DNA of 64,000 bases from Octopus sinensis (lineage: Eukaryota), in assembly GCF_006345805.1 (NCBI RefSeq), contig NC_042997.1, positions 110,546,001 through 110,610,000 on the forward strand, read 5' to 3'. Position numbers and translations under genes: made by a program. This document shows positions 13,401 to 25,290 of this stretch, piece by piece. Each line of letters opens with the position of its first letter. Position 1 is the first letter of the stretch. The notes under the pieces are model-generated. The model made no database searches. It worked only from the letters and a program-made list of their open reading frames with translations, and was not told where the DNA came from.

Positions 13401-16400
13401 GGAGAACCGGTGGAGATGTCACAAAGAATAGAGCCTTCTGCTGAAGGGAGCGGACGGTAGGCAAATTTACAATTGATAAACTTGGGCGAAGTTAAATCCA
13501 ACTCCGCTAAAGGTGGTTGATCCTGCGAAATAGCAGTTAAGTCAATTGCTGCAGGAGAGGAAATGGAATTGACAGGGAGTCTAGAGAGAGCATCAGCTGG
13601 GACGTTCTCCTTCCCTGGCACATGTCAAATGTCACTTGTAAACTGAGAAATATAATCCAGGTGATGGAAAGCACGAGGGGAGAGTTTATCCATTTTAGAA
13701 GATAGTGCAAACGTAAGGGGCTTGTGATCAGTATAAATCACAAACTCTCGTCCCTTGAGCTGGTGCTGAAAATGCCGAACTGACAGATAGATCGCTAGTA
13801 ACTCACGATCAAAAGTACTATATCTGCGTTCAGCAGGCTGCAGCTGGCAAGAAAAGAAAGCCAAAGGTTTAGTTTCACCATCTATGGTGTGCTGCAAGAC
13901 AGCGCCAATTGCAGAATCTGATGCGTCCACAGATAAAGTAAGTGGAGCATCAGGAGCCGGATGTGCTAGAACAGGAACTGAAGCTAGTTCCTTTTTAACT
14001 AACTCAAAGGCAGACAGTGCTTCAGCTGAAAGAGTAAGACGGGCGTCTTTTTTAGAATTGCCCTTTAGCATCTGCATTAAAGGAAATGACTTGTCTGCAC
14101 ACCGGTTTATGAAACGTCGATAGAAATTAACTATACCCAAAAAATGGTGAAGTTGATGCAAAGAAGAAGGTGGTGCGATGCGCTGAATTGCATCGACTTT
14201 AGATGAGAGAGGTTTGATTCCACTCGAATCAATACAATGACCGAGAAAATCAAGAGATGATTGCCCAAAAACACACTTGTCTGGATTAATGCAAACACCA
14301 TAGTCGCAAAGACACTGAAAAAGCTGAGACAAGTGCTGGAGATGATTTTCATGCATATCACTTGCGATGAGGATATCATCGACATAAGCAAAAACAAAAT
14401 CAAGTCCACGAACAACTTCATCTATAAAACGTTGGAACGTACTAGTGGCGTTCCGCAAACCAAAACTCATGTATAGAAATTCGAAACAACCAAAGAGAGT
14501 GGTAATTGCCGTTTTAGGAATATCGTCTGGGTTGACCAGTATTTGATGATAAGCACGTATGAGGTCAACCTTAGAAAAATGGTACAGCCATGAAGATTCG
14601 CTGAAAAGTCATTAAGATTCCTAATTGGATATCTGTCAGGAATCGTCACAGAATTTAGACGCTGATAATCTCCCACCGGGCGAAAATCTGTATCCCCTTT
14701 TCGAACTAAATGAAGGGGTGATGCCCATGGACTGGTGGATGGGCATATCAGACCAAGCTGGAGCATATGCTCAAACTCAGCCCTAGCCGTTTTAAGATGG
14801 TCAGGTGCAAGACGCTGTGGGCACGAAAAAACAGGCAGCCCAGTAGTTGTAATGAAATGGAGTGTGGAGTGTATGGGTTTTGCCATTTTAAAAGTAATAT
14901 CGAGTAGCTCTGGAAAAGAAGCCAAAAGAGAATGAAAAACATCTCCAGATGTAGCAACAAAAAATGTCGGGCTAAGAGCTGAATCGGTAGATTCTCTGGT
15001 CAGCATGGAGAGTGTAGTTGAACTGTCAACTAGCCTCCGACGTCTGACATCTACCAATAGATCAAAGTTATTTAGAAAATCCACACCTAAAATAGGATGC
15101 GGAATGTCAGCAATGACAAAAACCCACTGAAAATCTCGACAAAGATTTATGTCACAAGGTGTAAAGAGATCTGACCGAATGTGGCTATTGGTGACGAGTC
15201 AATAGCGTGCAAGGTAACATTAGATCGTTTTGGCCTGTCGGTTGTGAGACACAGAGGCCAAATGCTGCAACAAGAATCACTGTCCATTAAACGACAGACA
15301 TTAAACGATGATGATAACATTGCTAGTACTCTATCAGAAAGACCAAGATCCCTCTGCAAAGCTAAGTAATACTTGACCCTGATCAGCTGCTGACTCCTTA
15401 CAGAGCTCAAGTGAGGCCCATGCTGCAGTATCGTTCCCATCTTTGAATCAGAGCAGCTGTTGTGTTTACACAGGTAACTTCAACCACATCCAACCAAGTT
15501 GTTCAACTGAGAGACAAAGATCCACGCATCGACACATTACAAACACTTGTCTCCTCAGGCGTATTGCTTCCCTTCTGTTTCTGCAACAACTTCTACAGAT
15601 GCTGGCATGGCTGCAAGGTAAAGAAGCTCCCTTCACAACCGTATGGTTCCGGGTTCAACCCATTCATGGGGGTATTTTGAGCAAGTAGGTTTTACTTTAG
15701 CTGTGGATTGACCAATGTTTTGTGAAGGGAATTTGATAGGGAGAAATTGTATGGAAGCCCATTATGTGTGTGTGTCTCTCTTTCCACTGAGTTACATCCA
15801 AATAGCCTCTCCATCCAGGCCAACCCACCATCATTTGACTCTTGTCTTTCCATCACTTCATTATGTTGCACAAAACTCTCTACTAGTCCTTCTTCCCCGC
15901 CACTGCAACTCTCTTTAATCCTGCCCTAACATTAACCCAGCACAGACCAACTTGCACTGACCTCACCAGTCTGGGGGAACAGGCCAAAGGTTACTGGCAC
16001 TGCCCCTCTCCCCACTCAGTGAAGCTTTTGTAAAAGCAGACTTATAGGGACAAGACATTCCAGTTGTAACCATCCTGTCTTTTTTAGTGTATCTAGGACT
16101 ATACTACCCAACGTGTTCTTCGTTAGCCAAGATGATGTGAGGCTGATCAATCTGTTATTTCTAGTAGGCAGAGCAACCACACTGTAGTTCTTTTATTATC
16201 TTATAAAAAAATTTCAGGTGAAGGAGGTCGAGTATTCCAAGGTAAACTTAGACCAGATAATATGGTTTTCAAGTGGCACTTGCTCAATTAACAGTACACC
16301 TTCATATTTTTATTACAAAGAAAGATAAACACACCCACCCGATCACGCACACACACATACAGGGTTTAGATAATTATTCTTGATAAAATCTGATTAATTA

Positions 16401-18509
16401 TTCAACCTGTTTACGTAAGATGTTTATTAGTCCATAGCTTCAAGCCTGAACAACTACCAACACCTTCCCCCCCACACACACACACATACACTCTTGTCTT
16501 TGTACTACTTCCATAATTCTGTCCCACAATTCTTTATATTCTACAGTTCTATATTTAAGAGAGGAGGAATTATGTACATTATTTATATTTGACGGATATT
16601 CGTCCTCATCTTGTTTGTTGTTAACACAACATTTCGGCTGATATACCTTCCAGCCTTCTTCAGGTGTCTTGGGAAAATTTCCAACCTGGGTTCTCATTCC
16701 TAAGGTTTTTTCGATGTTATTATTATTAAGATTATATAGGACTGAGGTAACTCCTCCAGAAGTTATAGAGAATTGTTAACTCTCTTCTATTTATTTCTCT
16801 ATAACATCTGGATGAGTTACCTCAGTCCTATCATCATCATCATTGTTTAGCATCCGCTTTCCATGCTAGCATGGGTTGGACGGTTCAACTGGGGTCTGGG
16901 AAGCCAGAAAGCTGCACCAGGCCCAGTCTGATCTGGCAATGTTTCTACGGCTGGATGCCCTTCCTAACGCCAAGTCCTATATAATCTTTAAAAAAAATGA
17001 AGTAGACTGACATGCAATTTTTGAACCTGTGGAAGGCACGCTAGATGCCGAAATATCGTTCAACCAATTTCACATGATAACTATGGCACTCTTCTATTTA
17101 TTTCTTTATTATTATTATTATTATTATTATTATCATTCAGGTCACTGCCTGGAATTGAACTCGGAATCTTGGGGTAAACCACTACACCATATTCTCTTTA
17201 AACCTTCTTTGAGACCAATCCTGGCTCTGTGATACAAACTTCCTTATTGGAATCATAAAACCAAAGGCAATCATCGTCATCATTTAGGGTCCACTTTCCA
17301 TTCTGGCATGGTTTGACTGGAACTGATAAACTGGAGAACTGCACCAAGCTCCATTTTGGTTTGGTTATTATGGGCTGGATGCCCTTCCTAATGCCAACCA
17401 CTCTACAGAGTGTACCTGGTGCCTTTTATGTGCTACTGGCACAGGTGCCTTTAATGTGTTTGATAAATTAAAACCTTGCATCAAACTTTCAGGTGTTGTA
17501 GTTTTCTTGTTAGGGGTGGGTGGAACACACAGGTCGGGGGGGGTAGTGGATAGCAGTGATACAGTGGCATGGGGCCAAGAGAGCAGGATTGGGGAGTGGG
17601 GGTAAGCATAATGCATGAAGTGGAAACGTGAGGAAGAGATGTAGGTCGGTTTGGTGTGGTAGAGAGTGTGAGAAGCTTTCTTTGTAAAGTGTGGGTGGGA
17701 CATTCAGTGCTTCTAGAACTAAGTTTCACTGATGTGGGTGAGTTGGGTCAGTCTTGTCACATTCTGTACCATGCTGAATCTCTTTGAGAACTATGTTAAG
17801 GGCACACATGTCCATGGAGTACTCAGCCACTTGCACTGTAATTTCACAAGAAATTGCCAGTTTTATAAAATTGTTAGATTTAACCCCCCCCCCCACACAC
17901 ACACACACACTTATAATAAAAATGATGGCAGTGACTTCACTGTTATTGTGTGCAGATGGTACCCATGGGTAATTCCCACCACCACCACCACCATGACCGT
18001 TAAGAACAACAAAAGGTTATTTCTACTTTTGCTGTTAAGTGGTTAATGTCAGGAACGCAGCTAAACCACTTGCGACAATAAATCAACCACAGACACACAC
18101 ATACACACACACACACACACATGCACATGCGTGCACACACACACACACACCACACACACACACACGTATGGAGAAACGAATGTAAAACGTGGCACATGGA
18201 GAAATGAATGTAGAACGTGGCACAGCAGCTGTAACAGCTACAGTCAACCCCTCCCACCACGCCCACCCCTCAGCAGTTTGTATTTGCATGTTTATGATTC
18301 TGCCAGAGAAATGTTTGAAAGAGAAAGAGAGAGAATAAGTGTGGTGTTATATTTCAATGTTTATGACTGGGCATGTACTACTTGTAGAAACCATTGAGGC
18401 AGGCTGGAAATATTTATTATCACAAAAGATAAATCTTATCACTGACATAGCAAACCACTTCAACTTGATTAATACAGTCACAGGGTGTAAACAAGGGGAG
18501 GGGCTAAGC

Positions 18510-18574
<65 letters not shown>

Positions 18575-20489
18575 TATTCTCTCTCTCTTTCGCTCTTTCT
18601 CTCTCTCTCTCTCTGACTTCAGTTGAGGAGGGTTTGTTTGCTTAAGTTGCATGTTTTAATAAAGACCTTTTTATATAACAATTACTTATAAACTTGATGC
18701 AAGCACAGCTGTGTGGTAAGAAGCTTACTTCCCAACCACATGGTTCTGGGTTCAGTCCCACTGTGATGCACCTTGGGCAAGTGTTTCCTACTATAACCAC
18801 AGGCTGACCAAAGCCTTGTGGATGGATTTTGTAGACAGAAACTGAAAAGTCTGTCATATATGTGTGTGTCTGTGTAAATATGTATAGAGAAGAGTAGAGA
18901 ACAACAAAAACCTTTCTATTTTGTTTTCTATGACCTCAAAAAGGCCTTTGATTCTGTCCCAAGGAAGGTCTTCCGATGCTTCGGCTGCCCCAATCAGTTC
19001 ATTTCCGTTGTACAGAGATTACATGACAGTATGACTGGAACCATCTTCCATCAAAACTGTCTGAAGATTTCCTCATCTCTGGAGGATTAAAACAAGGATG
19101 CGTTTTGGCCCTGACGCTCTTCTCCCTGAACCTTTCAGCAATGTTTTCGTTAACTGCCCTTGGACAATCCAGGGGTCAACATTAGGTACCAATGATGGCG
19201 GAGGATATTTCAACCTTGCCAGATTGAAGTCATGAAGACTGACCAGGAAGTAAAAAAGAAATCACTAAACTTCAGTATGCTGATGACAATGCAGTGCTCT
19301 GCCACTCCAGTGGACAGCTTCAAGAATCAGTGAATAACTTCACAAATGCTTACACTTGGTGTGGCCAAAAAGTCAACATCAAAAAGACAAAATTCCTGGC
19401 ACAACCAGTTCTAAGTCAAGAAACTCCTGACCTCAACATTACCATTTTAGAGATGCCACTGGAGAAAGTTAACCACTTTTCATACTTAGGAAGTTTGCTT
19501 TTGAACAAGTGCACATCATAAAAGGATGTGAAGAACTGATTAAGAGTGGCTCACACCGCATTTAGTGGGCTCACGAAAAGGGTCTTTTCGTGAACCACAA
19601 AACAAAATTGAATGTCTACCAAGCAGTTGTGATCTCCACTCTACGATTATGAAACCTGAACTCTTTACCAAAGCAGCACCAAATAACTAGGGTAATTTCC
19701 GCTCTATTATGAATATTGAATGGAACAACTATGTGACTGATGTCTCCATTTTGGAGAGAACTAAAAGCAGCAGCATTGAGGCTACCACCCTGAAACAGCG
19801 TCTGAGATTGGTGGGACATGTAGGAAAAATGAAAGAAACCAGGCTGACTCATCAAGTTTTATATGGTGAACTTACCACCAGAAGAAGACTCCAGAGCCGT
19901 TCCCTCCCAAAGCCTGGGACATTGAGGCTCAGGACAGGCTCGTCTGGCATCATTCCATCTCCACTGTGACAGACCGTTTTGAAGCTGAACGAGAGAGGAA
20001 AGAGGAAGAGAAATGACAAGGAAAGAAAATGGAGGCTGCAACAACCAAAGCCTCCACCATGGGTCCCTTGTGAACTTTGCAACAGACGCTTCCATGCAAG
20101 AATCAGCCTCTTTAGTCATCAGAGGGATAGACACAAACAAATGGGAAGAAGCGGCCAAGAAGAAACCAAATAAATTATCGGACACACGATAAAGTGCTGA
20201 TTATGATGATGTGTGTGTGTGTGTGCACGCGAGTGTCCCCCCCACCACCACCACCACACCTACCACTTGACAACTGGTGTTGGTGTGTTTATGACCCTGT
20301 ATGGTGTTAGGAAGGACACCACCCAACCACAGAAACTACCCGAAATGTTAGAAATGAGAGCGGAATGGCTCTCTGACATGTCAAAGAGACCAATAACTCT
20401 AAGAACTGATTTGGCCTATGATGATTACTCTAACCCATGCCCACATAGAAAATAGATATAAATGATCATGATGGCAATGACAATACATA

Positions 20490-20530
<41 letters not shown>

Positions 20531-21997
20531 GTATGTATATATAGGAAAATGTGTTGTTGAAAATCTGCATGGAAACACGCCACCCTCTTTTGTTATATAT
20601 AATATAAATAGATATATATATATGCATATATACATATATGCACATATACATACATATATGCACATACTTACATATATATGCATATACAGGTACAGAATGT
20701 CACAAAACATAAACAACATGAAATACAAAAATGACATGGATTACAAAATACGAAAACAACATGGAAAATGAAGGCAAACCTGGGTATGAGAACAACGAGA
20801 GAAACAAATAGAAAGCAAGACAAGTAACAACATAAAGAATGACTCTTGATATATATATTATATTATTATATGATTGAACACCAGGCATCCATTTCCAAGT
20901 AAGTTTATATATAATTGAAACTTATAGGAAAGCAAAAGATGAAGACAGGTGTAGGAACAAGCAGGTGTATTAGTTTGATGCTTAGGAAAAATGGAAAAGT
21001 CTTTTACGTTTCGAGCCTAAGCTCTTCAGCAGAAAAGAATGAGAAAGTAAACAGAGAGAGAATGAAAAAAACTTGTAGATTTCAGCAGTCCAACATGGCC
21101 AATATCTATATATATATACTAGCATTATGACCCGTCTTTGCCGGGTCATAGTGCTAGTGCATGTATATATGTGTATATATATGTGTACATATTACATGTA
21201 CATCTATATATATATATATATATGTGTACATATTACATGTACATCTATATATATATATATATATGTGTACATATTACATGTACATCTATATATATATATA
21301 TATATGTGTACATATTACCTGTACATCTATATATATATATATATATGTGTACATATTACATCTATACATCTATATATATATATATATGTACATATTACAT
21401 CTATACATCTATATATATATATATATATGTGTGTACATATTACATCTATACATCTATATATATATATATATATATGTGTGTACATATTACATCTTACATC
21501 TATATATATATATATGTATATGGCTACATATTACATCTATACATCTATATATATATATATATATTATATATATTATATATAGATATATATATATATATAT
21601 GTGTGTACATATTACATCTATACATCTATATAATATATATATATGTGTACATATTACATCTATACATCTATATATATATATATATATATGTGTACATATA
21701 CCTATCTATACATCTTATATATATATTATATAGATATATATATATATGTGTACATATTACATCTATACATCTATATATATATATATATATATATGTGTAC
21801 ATATTACATCTATACATCTATATATATATATATATATGTTGTGTACAATTACATCTATACATCTATATATATATATATAATATATATATATGTGTACATA
21901 TTACATCTATATCATCTATATATATTATATAGTATGTGTACATATTACATCTATACATCTATATATATATATGTGTGTGTACATATTATTACATTCT

Positions 21998-22049
<52 letters not shown>

Positions 22050-22659
22050 ACATATTACATCTATACATCTATATATATTATATATATATTATATATATAT
22101 ATATATGTGTACATATTACATCTATACAATCTATATATATATATAGTGTACATATTACATCTATACATCTATACATATATATATATATGTGTACATATTA
22201 CATCTATACATCTATATATATATATATATATATGTGTACATATTACATCTATACATCTATATATATTATATATATATATGTGTACATATTACATCTATAC
22301 ATCTATATATATATATATATATATGTGTACATATTACATCTACATCTATATATTATATATATATGTGACATATTACATCTATACATCTATATATATATAT
22401 ATATATATAGTGTACATATACATCTATACATCTATATATATATATATATATATGTGTACATTACATCTATATATATATATATATATATATGTGTACATAT
22501 TACATCTATACATTATATATATATATATATGTGTACATATTACATCTATACATCTATATATATATATATATGTGTACATATTACATCTATACATCTATAT
22601 ATATATATACATATATATGTATACATATTACATCTATACATCTATATATATATACATCT

Positions 22660-22711
<52 letters not shown>

Positions 22712-23492
22712 ATATATACATATTATATATATATATATATACATCTATATAATACAAAATACAAAGCTATATCTTGATATCGCTAGTGATAACAATACTA
22801 AAAATATATAACAGACTGGAATTGTAGGACTATTCCATTTTTGCACACTAATTTTATTTTTAATTTATTTTCATTCATGTGAAACCACTTATTCAAGTTC
22901 AAGTCATTGATGCAATTTTATACCAATTGCTATTTTTACTTTTGTAATGTTACGATTATATTATACTTTAGTTTGATTTTAATTATTACTTACTACATAT
23001 AATTCAATTATTATTATTATCTCTAATTTTTATTGTTACAGTGAAAGTATCTGACATAAAATAGAGAAATGTTTTTGTTTCACTTTTAACACGTAATACT
23101 GAAATAGTGGAGAAGATATGATATTGCTATGGGCTCGCCCTAGGCAAGAAGTTGAACTTTTTTTTGCCCATGAAACTACATGGACCCTAAGTAAGGCAGG
23201 TGTAAAATTTGAATGAAATTGGTTGTGTAGTTCTCAAGTTTTAGGGAAACACACAAACAGACAGACACACATTCTCAGTTTTATATATATTGAGATGTAT
23301 ATATATATATATATAAGGATAAGATCGTTAATTTAAATTAAATAGCAATCTTATCAAGTGGTCATCATGGAAATAAAAACCTTCAAAGGTAATAATTATT
23401 ATTAAAATTATAACTTAGGGTGGTTTTAGAGATCATGGCTGCTATTTTCAGCATGGTAGTATCTCGTAGATACCCTAAGTTATAATTTTATT

Positions 23493-23543
<51 letters not shown>

Positions 23544-25252
23544 GCACATGCTGGTATCACATAAAAATCCCTTGATGCCACATATAAAGTTCCTGAGCTG
23601 GTGGCATGGAAAAAGCATGCTGTACACTGTGTAAAGTGGTTGGCATTAGGAAGGGCCTCCAGGTGTAGAAACCATGCCAAAACAAGCAATTGGAGCCTGG
23701 TGCAGCTCTCTGGCTTGCCAGTTCCATGTCAAACCATTCCACCCATGCCAGCATGGAAAACAGATGTCAAATGATGAGGATATAAATATGAATAGAGTGA
23801 ATTACTGACCAATTGATTGCAGATGCTCCTCGGTGGTGTGGAAGAATGGAAGGATGGTAAACAATCGTTTGGTGCTTAGGGTAGAATATCACCTCTGTTG
23901 GAATGAATTGTGAGCAAAATGGTAAAACATTTAACTCAACATTAAGACTTTTGTATTGTTCAACCACTTCTGGAATTGGAACCTTTTTCTCTTGCCATCT
24001 TTTATACTTGAACACTGGGGTGCCATTCTTGTGCGCTTGGGCAGCTGCAAAATCAAATAGAAAGGAAACCAGATTAATGGAATCTTAGCAGAGAAATTAT
24101 TAATTAAATAATTTTAAAGTGAATCAGAACCAGATGCTTTCACAGAAGACTGGAAATGATAAACACACACACACACACACCTTCTCAATTTACAACCAGG
24201 TTCCATTCCGACTGACCGGTCGTAAGTCGACCTGGTCGTATGTCAGGTTTATATTTTTCAACATTATTTTCATTCAAACAGATTATAAAAATATGAAACA
24301 CAATAATTTAATTCCTAATTATTGAACATAATGTGAAAAATACTTAATGTGTATTCTATTGTACTGTAAATATCTGTTGAATATTTGTTCTGGTAGATAA
24401 CGTTCTTCAATTAATTTATCAAAACTATCAACAAATTTTGGGGTTCCATCTTCTCCTGTGACACGTATGTTATGCAAAGCAAATCTTTTTTTTTAAATGC
24501 ATAAACCACCCATTACTAGCCTGAAAAATTTTGTGCATAATCATCTCCTGAGCATGATTTTAAAGTCTGAAACAGACTTCTAGCCTTTGTTTGCACTGTG
24601 AGAAGGCTCAAGGGTGTCTTTTTCTAAATTTAATCTTCCATCCATATGAATAACAATTTCTCCGTTCCATGGAAGGGTTCCTGTCATTGTTTGGTTAAAA
24701 CTGTAGACTTTGCAGGTGCAAAACCTTTCACAGCTTCACAAATTATTTCTTTGTCCTTAAGTATCATCATTACAATGGAATGTGATAACTTCAAGTCATC
24801 TGATACTACATTCACTGTGGGATAATCTTCATTTTACAGTCTAAACCATAGCCTGCCTCGACTCCTTAGCTGGCGCATCTGTACATAAAAGCATTTCCTT
24901 TTACCAGTAATTTTAGGGGTATTTCAGATACTATTGCAACTGATGTTTGAAAGCAACTGACAGTGGCTGGCAGTGGATGCTTGGGTCTGAGGGAGACCTG
25001 CATTGCCAGATGCTGCCACAGTTATCATATGAACAACTGCCCAATTCCTGAAAACCAATATTTTGTTTATTTATTTTTTATGGTTGTAAGTGCGGATGGT
25101 CATAACTCACATAGGTCCTAAGTCGAGGAGAAGGGGTGTGTGTGTGTATCGTTCCTATTATGTTAAACAGTTGTATGTCCAAATTTGGCCAAATGAGTCT
25201 TTTTTTAATATTTACTTTTGCTTGAAAGAGCCAGTTCTTTTAGTCCAGCCTA

Positions 25253-25290
<38 letters not shown>

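Noticed and set aside
12978-14476. Plus-strand ORFs overlapping the Gypsy fragment
   Set aside because: Antisense shadows of pol with no independent motifs.
21127-22811. Long Tyr/Ile/Cys-rich ORFs (up to 295 aa)
   Set aside because: They are translations of the stop-poor AT satellite; no domain content.
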